Made by a program: the position numbers and the translations under genes. From contig OX597817.1 in assembly GCA_951406725.2 (NCBI GenBank), positions 40,858,001 through 40,922,000 on the forward strand: a stretch of DNA of 64,000 bases. Reading direction: 5' to 3'. Source of the DNA: Octopus vulgaris. Taxonomy: Eukaryota. The notes under the pieces are model-generated. The model ran no database searches and had not been told where the DNA came from. It was given only the letters and a program-made list of their open reading frames with translations. Position 1 is the stretch's first letter. Each line of letters begins with the position of its first letter. Positions 13,801-27,082 of the stretch are shown piece after piece.

Positions 13801-14147
13801 ACAAATGCTGTCCTTATTTAGCTCTGTAAATTGAGGGCGTGGATAATTGAAACTAGGTTAGGTAATCCAATATCAGGAGTTGACATCATTTATATTTGTA
13901 TAGTGGTTAAAAGTTTTGATATGCCATTTACCAAGTGGCATATCAAAACTGTTTTGTTGATGGAAACATCAATCATATTTTATTCCCCCTTATCCTATAT
14001 TAATAAAAGAATAGAAAATAAAATGAAATAACTATTTAGAATATTAAATATAACATGATTCCATCTGGAAAACATAAATTGTGTTAGTCATATCTTTGTT
14101 GCTCCTAAATCTCTTTTGAGATTCAGTACCTCCTAGATGCTGATATT

Positions 14148-14470
14148 GTACAGGTAGATACAACACCAACTTTCTAGACACTGATGGTCCAGAACCGTTT
14201 ATAATCTGCATTAATTTATGAACAGGCACTTCAATTTCCCACAGCCACCAGACTAATCTACTGGTACTTTGCACAGTACAGTATCAATAAACTTGTATCA
14301 TTTATACTAATGTACAAGTACTTGTATTTCATTTAATTTTTTTTAGGTAAATTTAATATTTGTTTAATTTAGAGTGTGTTGACCAAGGAGCTCTCCCTGT
14401 TTTGGAAAAATCAGTTATCTAGAAAGACTATGGAACTGAAGGTTCTAGGAAATCAATGTTGTACCTGTAC
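14148..14470. mobile_element. Degenerate MITE-like element with imperfect terminal inverted repeats
   Basis: gtacaggtagatacaacac..tttctaga near 14148 is roughly mirrored by tctaggaaatcaatgttgtacctgtac ending at 14470. Confidence 0.35.
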
Positions 14471-15719
14471 TACTCGTTAAAACATTGTAAGGATTAGCAG
14501 GAGTATGACATCCTGAGAGATAATTATACTATTAATTCTCTTCATTATAGACTCCATACAAAACTGAAAATAGTGCTGTTGTTTTCAAGGCCCTTCTGAA
14601 AAATATTTACCTTGTTGAAAATCATTGTTTATATTTATTACATCCATAATTTTAAGCCTTCCAGCATGCCAGTCCAGTTAAACTGTCCAACAATGGACGT
14701 TAAATGATGATGATGATAATTTTAGTTTTCATTGAAGCAAACTTGCCAATATGTACTCTTTGCATCAATTGAGGAAAACAAAATCTTTGTTCCTTGCTCA
14801 TCTATGTGGTTTCAAGATGAGAGAGTTTGAATCTTGTCATTTGAATGGGCCTTGTAATCTGTGTGAATTCTTTCTTTCACATTCAGACAGTTAGTGATGC
14901 ATTATTAATACTTCCATACAGACCATGGAGTTAGAATTCCCATTATTTTAAGATAGTGAAAATAATTTTAAACCTCCTCTCTTGGCTATACTGGAACTGA
15001 GCATCCTGAACAAATTTTATCTTAACTGTACTGTTATGCATTATAACCCTTTACTGATGTCAAATAACCAGAGATACAGTAGCATGATGTACCCTTTAAG
15101 AATGTCTGCATTGATAAGAGTTATTACCCACCGAAAAGCTGTTTTCAGCTCCAAAGTCAAGCAAAGCTGTTGTACTGCCAACTAGCTCTAGTTTTGACCC
15201 ATCATAAGAAGTTAAATGCCTGTCAATAGGTTTGGTAATTAATAATAATTTTAAAAGGGAAATCAGAATGACGGAGCATGCTACACAAATATTCAAATTA
15301 TATTTTGAATGAGGTATCCATTCAGTTTACGTTTAACCCAATGTAATTGCACAATTAACATTCAAAGCTACTTCCACATCATCAGGCTATTAATGTGTTG
15401 TGCTCTTAACATTATCAACAGACTTGGTAGAAAGCAGTAGTTTTGATTTGCTGAATCTGTTGAAGTGGCTCCGTTAACGACAGCTAAACTATCCTTTCCC
15501 TATGTAAGACAGGAGCTAAAAAAATGTGAAGAACCACAGTTGCTGCAGTTTTTAACTTGGCTTTACATAGTTTTACACTTGATGTGGCCTGGTAGAAGGA
15601 GAAGAACAGAAGCAGTGTCCATAGCCTTTGCTGGCCCATTTAGACTAGTGAGACTGATGCCATTAATGTTCCTTTTGAGCTGTTTTTTAACTAAATATCT
15701 GAAGGAAAGACATGGGCAG

Positions 15720-16330
15720 GTATGGAATTCTGGAATGCCAGCATTCTAGGAAAGAAGGAATAGGAATCCTGAGATTGAGGTGAACACATCAGAGATGATG
15801 AGAAGAGGCGAAACAAATGGGATGGGAGAGCTTGTGTAGGGATGACAGGCACTCAACCAGCTCTGAAGAAGAAAGGCCCTTATAGGAGTGGTAGAAAAAA
15901 GGCAGAGAGAAGAAACAGCATGCCTTTGGACTAGAAGCTGGAGAATATCTGTGAGTAAGTTTATGCCATTCAGACAGCTGGCCTTTTTCTGGAGGTGGTC
16001 TAGGATGTCTGTGTGTGCACAACAGCATGGTCCCCAATATGAGAGCAACACTTCATTGTGGGTCTCACCTGAGCGTATCAATAACTGTTGTAGACTGAAG
16101 TATCTTCTGGTCCTGAAGAGAGTGGGCAATTGTTGAGATGCAAACCTAGCTATTTTAAGGCTGTGCTTTTGCCAGGATAGATCCTTGGCGATTGTAAGAT
16201 CCAACAATCGGAGTGATTTTTCAGGGCTCCAGCTGGCTGCTACTCATGATTAAGGAAGGAAGTGTGATGCTGTTTTCTTGTTACTTACTTTAACAGGAGT
16301 CCATGTTGTTAGTATGAAGTACTTCTGTTT
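15720..16330 (-). mobile_element. Degenerate non-LTR retrotransposon fragment (CR1/L2/Jockey-group RT C-terminus)
   Basis: LDLTIAKDLSWQKHSLKIARFASQQL..LFRTRRYFS..ILDHLQKKA..R..VSSLCLF resembles the LGxxxxxxLSWxxH..LDxxQxxA thumb region. Confidence 0.6.
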
Positions 16331-16859
16331 TGGATCTAGTTGTACTATTTATTAATTCAACAGCAAATGTTTGTTCTTACTGCATTGTTAGAACAAAAAT
16401 AACCAGGTCTAAGATGGATACTATTGGAAAATCCTTAGTCAATCGAGAATCTTTATTTTTGTCTGAGCATAATTGATTCCATTAATAAAAACTAATTTTA
16501 TCAGCTTTGCTTCTTGTTCATCTTTTGATCTCAGAGAATTTACACAAAAGCATGTGCATTAGGTCTTAGCAGGAACTTATTAGCAAGTTCTTGTTTTTTG
16601 TTTTAGATCCCAAAATTTTAACATATCTAAGATGAGTTTGTTTAAAATGATCTAAGTCTTCAAATAAACAATCAATTGCATTGATGCCACATAATACAAA
16701 GAATCTATGCCACACCAGTTCTGGTTTAGTGTTAGCTAAGCAGTTTTGAATTTTACTGCTTTTATCTATGTACGTACTTCTTCAATACTGTCAAGAATTA
16801 ACTGTTTATTAGATTCCATCTAATACAGTTAGATGGTTATTAGAGTTGTAAATCTTTGT

Positions 16860-17080
16860 TGAGTGTGGCCTAGTGGTTAAGATGTTGCACTTATGATTGC
16901 AAGATTGTGGTTTCAATTCCTGGACCGGGCTGTGCATTGCTTTTTAAGCATTTCACATTGCTCCAGCTCACCTAAATGAGTAACCCTATGATGGACCAGC
17001 ATCCCATTCAGGGAGAATATTTTGGTCTCGGTCACTTAAATGCCATGGAAACTGAGTAACCAACACTGTGATTTGAGACT
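16860..17080 (+). mobile_element. tRNA-derived SINE (family C)
   Basis: gtgtggcctagtggttaag A-box, gtttcaattcctgg B-box, tttcacattgctccag core shared with the minus copy at 38260-38592. Confidence 0.65.
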
Positions 17081-17094
17081 AATGGCCAAGGGTT

Positions 17095-17910
17095 CATCAT
17101 CATCATCGTTTAACGTCTGCTTTCCATGCTGGCATGGGTTGGATGGTTTGACTGAGGACTGGTGAGCCAGAGGCTGCACCAGGCTCTATCTGGTCTGGCA
17201 AAGTTTCTACAGCTGGATGCCCTTCCTAACGCCAACCACTCCGAGAGTGTAGTGGGTGCTTTTTACATGCCACCAGCATGAGGGCCAGTCAGGCGGTTCT
17301 GGCAACGACCACACTCACACTCAGAAGGTGTTTTTATGTGCTACCTGCACAGGAGCCAGTTCTGCAGCACTGGCAACGACCATGCTCAAATGGTGCTTTA
17401 CATGTATCACCGGCACAGGAGCCAATCTGTGGCCCTGGCCACGATCACACTTGGATGTGCTTCTAACGTTCCACTGGCACAAGTACCAATCAGGCGGTAC
17501 TGTCATTGACCACTTCAGCGATTTTGATTTGTTTACACTTGCCCCAATAGGTCTTCGCAAGCAAAGTTCATTGTCCAATGAATGAGGGGTACTTATAAAT
17601 GGCCCGGTTACACCCCACGTTCCACTGACATGAGTGCCAATCAGGCAGTTTTGTTGTCAGCCACGTCAGCAATTTTGATTTTGATATCCCTTGCATCAAT
17701 AGTTCTTCACAAGCAAAGTTTATTGTCCAATGAATGAGGGATATTCATAAATGGGCTGGTTATACCCACTGTCATAGGCCATGGGCTATGGTCTCACTTG
17801 GCTTGTTGGGTCTTCTCAAGCACAGCATATCTTGAAAGGTCCCGGTCACTAGTCATTGCCTTGGTAAGGCCCAATGTTCGAAGGTCATGCTTCACCACCT
17901 TACCCCAGGT
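17095..17910 (-). mobile_element. RTE LINE 3' end (3' UTR with internal tandem repeats, (GAT)n tail)
   Basis: Plus strand starts catcatcatcatcgtttaacgtctgctttccatgc and is homologous to 27083-27660, which is attached to RTE coding sequence. Confidence 0.8.
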
Positions 17911-18480
17911 TTTCATGATTGTAAAGCCAGCTTCTTAACCAATCAGCTATGCTTTAACCCGTTGAATACTGCCCCCACCCACCCCCTGCTTCTATGACTC
18001 AACCATTCTATTTTAAAGTGATTTAATTGTTTAGCTTTCAGATCATCCTGTCAAATGTAATGCTTATTATATTCACATTGTTTTGAATTAATAATGCGTT
18101 ATCTCATAGTTTTGAGATTTTGATGGTGTGATTGTTTATTTTGAGAATGACATTGTCAGGTAGGTGTAAGAAACCAGATCTGGGTAGTCTGAACTTGAAC
18201 AGGTATAATGTTTTGACTGGAGTTAGCTTGTTTAAATGCTAACAGGTTGAAAAAAATACCCTTTTTCCATAAATTAATTTGTTGCAAAAATGAGCTTTAA
18301 AATGATAAAATATTTTAGTATATTCTTCATTATTTTAAGAATTAATTGAAATTAAGAGGATATATTTCAACAGAAATATAGTTACAAAAGAGCTAGTCGT
18401 TAATGTAGTGTTGAAACTAAAATCTTTTTATTTCTCTTTTCATGTATTGTTATTTTAATCCTTTTTCCTTTGTTTTTCAG

Positions 18481-18537
18481 TTTGTCTTTAGGAATGAATC
18501 TAATGTCAATATCATGTTAACTTGGGCTGATGATGGC
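18481..18537 (+). CDS. SORT1: Sortilin exon 2
   Basis: tttttcag|FVFRNESNVNIMLTWADDG|gtaagt, phase 0-0. Confidence 0.88.
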
Positions 18538-19094
18538 GTAAGTATAGTCAGCAAAAATTCTTTTTTATGCGATATCTTTCTTTTATCTTTTATTTGTTTT
18601 ATTCATTAGACTGCAGCCATGTTAGGTCACCACTTTGAAGGAACTTAGTCAAACAAATCAACCCCATTAGTTATCTCTTTGTAAAATCATTATCTTTTGT
18701 TGAACTATTAAATTATGGCTATGTAAACACACCACCACCAGTTGTCAAGCAGTGATGGGGGACTAACACACACACACAAACAGGCTTCTTCTAGTTTCTG
18801 TCTACCACCAAATCCCCTCAAAAAGCTTTGGTCGGATTGAGGCTATAGAAAAAAACGTCCAATGTTCCATGTAGTGGACTGAACCCAGTACCATGAGGTT
18901 GGGAAGCAAGCTTCTTACCACACAGCCATGCCTGTACCTATGTACTATCTTTGAATTGTTGGTTTACAAATATGCATTTATATGATTGTGTTTATATTTA
19001 AATATTTTTGTAACTACATCCAGATTTTCAGTTTGATTGACTGCTGCATACAGGATGTTTTATTGTGGGGAAGCAGAACTTGAACTTGAACAAA

Positions 19095-19328
19095 AGGCTG
19101 CGAGCTGGCAGAATCGTTAGCATGTCAGACGAAATGCTTAGCAGTATTTCATCTGCCATTACGTTCTGAGTTCAAATTCCGCCGAGGTCAACTTTGCCTT
19201 TCATCCTTTCAGGGTTGATAAATTAAGTACCAGTTCCGCACTGGGTCAATGTAATTGACTTAATCCCTTTGTCTGTCCTTGTTTGTCTCCTTTAGGTTTC
19301 GCCCCTTGTGGGCAATAAAGAAATAAGA
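19095..19328 (+). mobile_element. tRNA-derived SINE (family A)
   Basis: gagctggcagaatcgttagc...gagttcaaattccgccgagg...gcctttcatcctttcagggttgataaattaagtaccag. Confidence 0.85.
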
Positions 19329-20698
19329 ACTTGAACTTGTGACCTTGCTGATATTTAGCTTTACTGAAAGTTCACAGCTGCCTATTTTTTAGTATTTTTA
19401 TACAAGTAGTAAACAATAGTGTTGTTGTTTACAGAGTTCCACTATGATAATCTTGGGTTCCAGTGCATTTCTGTTGGTGAGAGTCACAAGGGATTGTTTG
19501 TAACTCAGTGCAGAATAAATATCACAAAGAACTGTGTTTAAAATGTATTATCATCATTTAGTGTTCGTTTTCGATGCTGACATGGTAAGACAGTTTCACT
19601 TGAATTGGTAAGCCGTAGAACTGCATCAAGCTCCAGTGTGTTTTGGCTTAGTTTCTATGGCTGGATGCCCTTCCTAATGCCAACCACTCCAGAGTATACT
19701 GGATGTCTTTTACATGTCACTGGCATTGGTACCTCTCACCTGTCACTGGCACAGGTGCCTTTCACATATTAAATAATTTCTTAGTTTTTCTTACTGATAT
19801 ATATATCAGCAGAAGACTTACCTGTTAATACACACACATATATGAGTGGCTTCTGTGAATCAAAGTACACCCATGAAGTATTGCTCAGCTCAAGGCCAAA
19901 GTTGAAGATATTTGTTGAAGGTGCTGTTCAGTGGGATTGAACCTAAAACCACATGGTTACAAAGCCAGTGGCTTAACCACACAGCCATGCCTGTACCACG
20001 TGCATGCACATTTTAAAATTTTTGAAATTTACTATTTTCATCAAAAGTTCAGATGGAATGTTAAAAGCTGTGATGTTAAGTTATTGGTCAACTGATCACA
20101 TTTGCTTGAGTTCAGACCTTCCCTGTTTAAAATACATTCCTGTATTTTCATTCATTCTGCTTCACCAGTAGCTGATTCTACTCTAACTTTTATTGTTGAT
20201 GGTAAGTACCTATTTGGAGAACAAGGTGTCTATCACTAAAAACTTAAAGCTCCAGAAATAAGTAATTGTTCAAATTTTCAAAAACCACTTCACTAATACT
20301 TACGTAACCTGTAGCTTTTCAGTTTTCTTTATTTTATTTTCAACAATTGTACGACCTTTCTATTGTTAACACTATTCATGGTCCAAGTAGGAGTGATGCT
20401 GCGTTTTTTCCCCCACTAAACAAAGACAAGCTGAAATGGAATGTCTTGTTCATGTGTACAGCACAATAACTGTAGTAAAATTTGAACTTATGAACATATA
20501 TGCTCGGTGGTTGCGAAATGGAGTTTTAACTTCACAGTTACTGTGCATGCGCATGCGTGTGTGTAATAACTTGATCTTGTTCTATCACTGGCCAACCTCA
20601 AAATAATATTGCTAAAAAGTTAGGTGTTTAATATATACTTCAATTATAGAAGAGAACTGTCACTTCTGAAGGTGGATTATGTAAAATACTTTTTTTAT

Positions 20699-21062
20699 AG
20701 GCGTAGAGTGGCTGTGTGGTAAATAGCTTGCTTACCAAACTCATGGTTCCGGGTTCAGTCCCACTGCATGGCACCTTGGGCAAGTGTCTTCTACTATAGC
20801 ATCGGGCCGACCAAAGCCTTGTTAGTGGATTTGGTAGCCGGAAACTGAGAGAAGTCCGTCATATATATATATATATATATATGTGTGTGTTTGTGTTTGT
20901 CCCCCCCCAACATCGCTTGACAACTGATGCTGGTGTGTTTACATCCCCGTAACCTACCGGTTCGGCAAAAGAGACCGATAGAATAATTCCTGGGGTTGAT
21001 TTGCTCGACGAAAGGTGGTGCTCCAGCATGGCCAGTCACATGACTGAAACAAGTAGAAGAGA
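20699..21062 (+). mobile_element. tRNA-derived SINE (family B)
   Basis: gagtggctgtgtggtaa..ggttccgggttcagtccc..ccttgggcaagtgtc, internal (TA/TG)n, 3' ggtgctccagcatggcc..gactgaaacaagta. Confidence 0.85.
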
Positions 21063-21687
21063 ATACTTCTATGAATAATTAATGGTATTGTTGCTGTGTC
21101 ATATATATTAGTATTTATACCTTCAACAGATTCTCCTTCAGTCAACTGGAAGAGCAATGACTACTCCTTATTGAGTCTTACTTCACACATGCATCCTTTT
21201 AGTAGTGTAAACACTCCACCTGACTGTCCTATCCTTTATGACAAGTATAACCAGCCTCCATTATGACAAATACTCCAACCCACCATATGCCTTAAGCTCA
21301 CCCCTCCACTACAAGGTATTCATTAATTCCAAACAAAACCTACCAACCTACAATAGGTTCCATATTGTCTTCCTAAAGCCAACATTGGTGGTACCCTAAA
21401 AGGATTTTAGGAGGGATATGATGTCTCTGCCAGCCAAATAAACTTGTCAGTATACTTTCTCCACTCTTAGCAAACTTTATATTCCAAGTAAACCAACCAA
21501 TCTACCGTAAGCTTGCCTCTTACTCCTGAAGTCCCTTTTCCTCTCATACTTACAAACTCATCACTCTTTAACAATATTATGAAGAGTTGTGAGCCAATAA
21601 TGAAGGCAACTACACTAGGAGAAGAATATCTCTGGCACGTAAAAGGCACCATTCGAGCATGATCGTTACCAGCATTGCCTTACTGGT

Positions 21688-23766
21688 ATTTGTGGACCCC
21701 AACCTCTACCTTGAATTCTTTGGTGAACACGTTGCCAACCCTTACCTTACTTACAGTGTCCCTGTACATGGCTTGCACAGCTCTCACTAACCATTCATCT
21801 ATCCCTAGTTTCCTCATTGACCACCAGATAAGGGATCGGGGGACCCTGTCGAAGGCTTTCTCCATGTCAACAAAAGCAAGGTACAGGGGCTTATCTTTGG
21901 CTAGGTATTTCTCCTGCAGCTGTCTCACGCATCAGTGGTGCTTTTCCCTGGCACGAAACCAAACTGCATCTCGTCCAAGTTGACTCTCCCCCTAATCGGT
22001 TGGGCTATGACCCTCTCCGTAACCTTCATTACCTGATCCAACAGCTTGATACCTCTGTAATTATTTGTATCTAGGGCATCACCTTTACCTTTGTAGCAGT
22101 TGACTATTATGCTGCTACACCAGTCAATGGGTATGACTCCTTCATGTATCACCTGGTTAACTATACGGGTGACTAGGCTATAGCCGACACTGCCAGATAT
22201 TTTGAGCATCTCTGCAGTAATTCCTGATGGGCCTGGGGCTTTCCCTGTCTTCATGCATCTAATTGCCTTAACTACCAAAGAACTGTCAACTCGGATAGCA
22301 GGTCCCTCTGTTGGGTTGACATTCGGCAGACTCTCTTCATCCCATTCATTTTCTTTATTCAGCAATCTTTCATAGTGGCATCTCCAAACCTCTCTCTTTG
22401 CATCATCATTTAGCGCAAGTGAACCATCATCCATGCGAATACATTTCTCTCCTACCACATCACGATTCTCTCTCACACACTGTCTTGCAACACGAAATAC
22501 CTCAAGTCTTTGGTCCTCACGGTGCAGAACATTGGCAAATTTTTTCTTATCTGCTTCCCCTCTGGCTAAATAAACCTGTCTCCTAGCTTCCCTTCTGGCA
22601 GTCTGATACAGTTTCCTGCTACCTCCGTTCTTCCAGTCCTTCCAAGCCTGTTTCTTTTGTCTAATAGCCCTGTCAACCACATTGTTCCACCACCATGTTA
22701 CCTTGGGTCGAGTGGGGACTTTGCACCAGCCACATCTGGTCAGTGGCTCTTAGCAGGTTGTTTCGTAGAAACCTCCAGTTGTCTTCCACATTGTGTTGTG
22801 CTATATCCCCTTCTATTTCATCAAAGGCTTCGAGTAATACGTTTCTAAATCCCTGCCCATTTGCAGGATCTTTAAGCTTCCAGACCCTTCTCCTCCAGGC
22901 TGGTCTTCTTCTGAGCTACCATTCAGCCCTGATCCTGAAGTCGCTAACTACTAATCTATGTTGAGGGGTACATTCTTCTCCTGGGAAGGTTCTGACATTT
23001 ATAAGCAGCCCTCTTTCCCTTTTTCTGGCGAGGATATAGTCAATTTGGCTAGTGTGTCTACCAGAACGATAGGTGACTAGGTGACGGGCAGGTTTCCTGA
23101 AGTTGGTATTGCAAACCATAAGATCATTTGCATCGCAGAACTCCAGCAGTCTGGTTCCCTCTTCATTGCGGGAACCAAAACCATAGCCTCCATGTATGCC
23201 ATGGAAGACCCCTGCACGTTGTCCAACATGTCCATTGAAATCACCAACCACAAAAAGAAGGTCTCTGTCATTCGTCAATGAGGTAGTCTGCAATAGGGTG
23301 TCATAGAATCGTTCTTTCTGACCCTCTGGTAGCCCCAGCTGAGGGGCATAGGCCAAGATAATGGTAGCTGACCTATGGTGAAGCACTAATCTAATCTTAA
23401 GTACTCTGTCACATACTCTGACTACCTCGATTACCTTATCAGTCCATTTCTCCACAAGAAGTATACCCACGACCCCGACCCCGTCAGTGTTCCCTGCCCA
23501 GAAAATCTTGTACCTGTGTTCTTTGCCTGTGATGAACCTAGCGGAACCTCCTCTCCACCTTCTTGGATGCAGCACAAATCTACACGTCTCCGCTCAAGCA
23601 TCTCAACTATTTCACCAGACCTACCTTTCAGTGTGCCAATTCGGAGGGCATGGGAGGTGTGGCCCTGTGAGACACTGGGATGAGGGACAGCAGTGTCATG
23701 TACCTGAAAAGAAAGCTTGCATTTAGCAGGATTCATAAGAAACACTAAACTACAACCGACAAACAC
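21688..23766 (-). mobile_element. RTE-clade LINE 5' half (APE endonuclease and N-terminal RT), pseudogenised and 3'-truncated
   Basis: IGTLKGRS..DLCCIQE, AYAPQ, VGDFNGHVG, SQIDYILARK, PQHRLVVSDF (APE). GKAPGPSGI, NYRGIKLL, QFGFVPGKSTTDA, LAFVDMEKAFDRVPR (RT). Split over four ORFs by stops and frameshifts. Ends at VGVH, before the catalytic DD motif. Confidence 0.92.
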
Positions 23767-25654
23767 TACACCATTTTCATGCGCTATATGATCAAATAGA
23801 CCCTACATAGGGGTGGGGGTGGAATTTTGCCCTTAGAAAGGGGTGTTGGTGGCATTTGGCCCTTAGAAGTGTTCGTGGGAGGTAAACGAGGAAGACATAG
23901 GTTAGGGACTTCCGGTAAAGGTGGAGGGGTGGGAGGCGAGTGTACCGCGAACCAGCAAGGTTAGACTAGAGCATAGACTTCTGCCCTTGTATACTATGGT
24001 TTAACAAATTTAGAGAGAATGAATGAACGAAATGATAACCTTGATTAGGATAGACAAATAAATAAATAAATAAGTAAAACATTGCGATTAACAGACGAAT
24101 CTATCGGTGCTATGTTTATGTGATACGAGATAGATATATAATAGAGAGCGAAAGGGGTGGGGTAGGGTTATGATCTATGCATGAAAAATGGAGAACATGA
24201 ACGATGGTTGAGAAGTCAAAGTTTTTCCTTATCTCAGCATCTTCTGAGATCTGTGTTCCAACAGCAGGGGGATTGCAAATCGAGTAGGGGAAAAACAGGG
24301 CTTGCACTAGTTTATATAGAGTTAGTGTTAGGGGGGAAAGTGTTGGTGTAACAGATGGTAAATCAAAGCGAGATAGAGAGGGAGGACTCAAGCAGTAAAT
24401 ACACCACATGGGAGAAGGAGGAAATTCTTAGGGGTTCTCGGTAAGATAAATTTAATGGAACAGCATATGCCGAAATCCTGAGATAGAATAGAAAAATATT
24501 TTGAGATTTTGGGAAACATAATTTAAATGATAACCTTGATAACATCACTAAGAATTATATGTAACACTATCAGGACTGACAGAAGAACAAAAGAATCTTT
24601 TCTCTGAGACCTCCTTCCAGACTTACTGTAAATGACTGATTACAGTGACTTTGCTATTCTCACAGAACCAAGAATAGAATCAACTCCTCTCTTGCCTGCT
24701 ACATCTGAAAAGTAAGCAATAGCTGATACCAACATTTCCTATATGCTGGAACCATCAATCCTATATTGAAATGGATCAAAGAGATGCAGTTTATATTTGA
24801 CAGATGCATCGAATTTTTACTCAACAGTTTAATATGTTAAACAGGAAATACAAACTTATTGTCCACAAGCAGGCATGTGAACAAACTAGTTATAAGAAAT
24901 TTCAGTTGTAGACTAGGTAACTGTCTCTATTGTCAGCTGCATAGAGCATTGGCTATAGACACTGGGCGACAGTACATAGTGAGAATTCCCTTTTCTATAA
25001 TATTACAATGAGCATATAGCCATCTCTTGTTCTCTTATAGTTGAATAACTTGACTACATGTATTGAGAACTTTTGTTGCTCAACCTCAAGGATATTCTAA
25101 TTGAGCAGCCTTTTTGCTCAAAGGCATTACATCCTTGATAATTCCATCTTCTATTTTCAGGCTTAGTATATCTAGGTCTACATTTCCTATTGTGTCATTT
25201 CTTTTATAATATTGTAGGTTACAATCTGAGGGTAATTTGGCTACCATTTCTAGTAGATTGAGCAACCGTTAGCTTGATTAAATCTGGTATTGGGATGTGC
25301 ATAGACTGTACCCTGTGGAATGTTTAGAAAGAGATGAAATAAATAAATAGATAGCATTAACACACCTGTGCCAGGGCTGCATAAACACACCTATGCTAGA
25401 GGCATGTAAAAGCCCCTAGTACACTTTAAGTGGTTGTCATTAGGAAGGGCATCCACCTGTAGAAACCATGCCACAACAGACAGTTGGAGCCCGAAGAGCT
25501 CCCTGCTAGCCTGTTCTATCTCAAACTATCCAACCTATGCCAGCATGGAAAGTGGACATTAAACGATGATGATGATATACATATACACACACACACATAT
25601 ATTATACATATGTACACACACACGTATGTGTGTGTGTGTATATATATATATATA

Positions 25655-25922
25655 ACATCGCTTCACTGGCACCTGTGTCGGTGGCATGTGTAAAAGATGC
25701 GAGCGAGGTCATTGCCTGTACCGCCTGACTGGCCCCTGTGCAGGTGGCACGTAAAAAACACCCACTACACTCTCAGAGTGTTTGGCATTAGGAAGAGCAT
25801 CCAGCTGTAGAAACTCTGCCAGATCAAGACTGGAGCCTGGTGCAGCCATCTGGTTGCCAGCCCTCAATCAAAACCGTCCAACCCATGCTAGCATGGAAAA
25901 ACGGACGTTAAACGATGATGAT
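25655..25922 (+). mobile_element. RTE LINE 3' end fragment
   Basis: ggcacgtaaaaaacacccactacactc...aacccatgctagcatggaaaaacggacgttaaacgatgatg tail. Confidence 0.8.
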
Positions 25923-26739
25923 ATATATATATTCTGAAATGCGAAAAGTTTGTCTGGTTTTGGCATTGGAACAGGTTAAGAGGCACTAGATCCCGTCGGA
26001 TTGACTCCAAAATTTACAGGGACATGTAAAATGAGGTGAGGATGCGAGTGGGCTAGGTTAGAAATCCCTATCTTAAAAGGTGTGCTTACTAGGGCGAAAA
26101 ACGCACATTTTGACAAGTCTACTCTCATTCTATTATCTGCCTGTCTTCCTCCATCTCTCTCTCTCTTTCCTCCCTTCCTTTCACTTTCTCTCTATAACAT
26201 CGTTTGATAGCGTCTACTATCTTTCCTCCGTCGCATTCAATATTTTTACACTTTTTAAACCCTTTGTCGTTATTCTCATTCACTCATTATTACTTTCTCG
26301 CTCCCCCTCTCTCTCTATCTATATATAGAGAGAAAGATTCTCATGATTGAGTGGTGGTGGTTATGATAATTCTCTCTATGAATGCAGACAGACGTAGAGA
26401 GAGAGAGAGAGAGTGACAGCGCTGGCGAAGGCGGCGGAGGAAAGATAGTAGACAGTATCAAACGACGTTATAGAGAGAAAGTGAAAGGAAGGGAGAAAGT
26501 AATAATGAGTGAATGAGAATAACGACGAAGGGTTTAAAAAGCGTAAAGATATTTTCTTTCTCAACCTACTCAAGATCTTTTGTTGTTTATAAATGGGAGA
26601 GAGATAGATAGAGAGTAAGAGAAAGCGAGGGAGAGTAAGAGAGTGGGAAAGTGAGAGAGAAACAAAGAGGGAGAATGTGGCGATAAGAAACAGAAAGTAA
26701 CAACCACAACCTCACATAGAGCGGGTCACCTTAAGCTAG
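25923..26739 (+). mobile_element. Putative non-autonomous Helitron with internal inverted repeats
   Basis: Starts in (TA)n followed by gaaatgcgaaaagtttgtctg. Ends gcgggtcaccttaagCTAG|t, the Helitron-type 3' end. The 5' TC is not clearly visible. Confidence 0.5.
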
Positions 26740-27082
26740 TATATATATATATATAATGCATATGTATTGCAGTGCAAGCATGGCTGTATGGTTAAGAAGT
26801 TAGCTTCCCAACCATGTGGTTTGGGGTTCAGTCCCATTTACATTGCTTTAGATAAGTGTCTTCTGTTGTAGCCTCATGCTGGCCAAAGCCTTGTGAGTAG
26901 ATTTGGTAGACAGAAACTGAAACAAGCCCGTTGTATATGTGTGGGGGTGCTTGTTTTCTTGACATTATGAACAGGTGTCACCATCATGCAAGTGATGCCA
27001 TTCATTTCCAGTCTTGCATGAAAACAAGTCTACCCAAGGAGAAATATTACCTTATCTGGAAACAGGCAACAAGAAAGGCACC

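Noticed and set aside
18527-18533. Other CTGATGA occurrences (also ~36584, ~49803, ~63575) as hammerhead cores
   Set aside because: None has the stem II, GAAA, UH and closing stem I arrangement.
19095-19185. tRNA gene
   Set aside because: A/B-box-like motifs belong to a SINE head and continue into SINE body sequence found in many copies. No complete cloverleaf.
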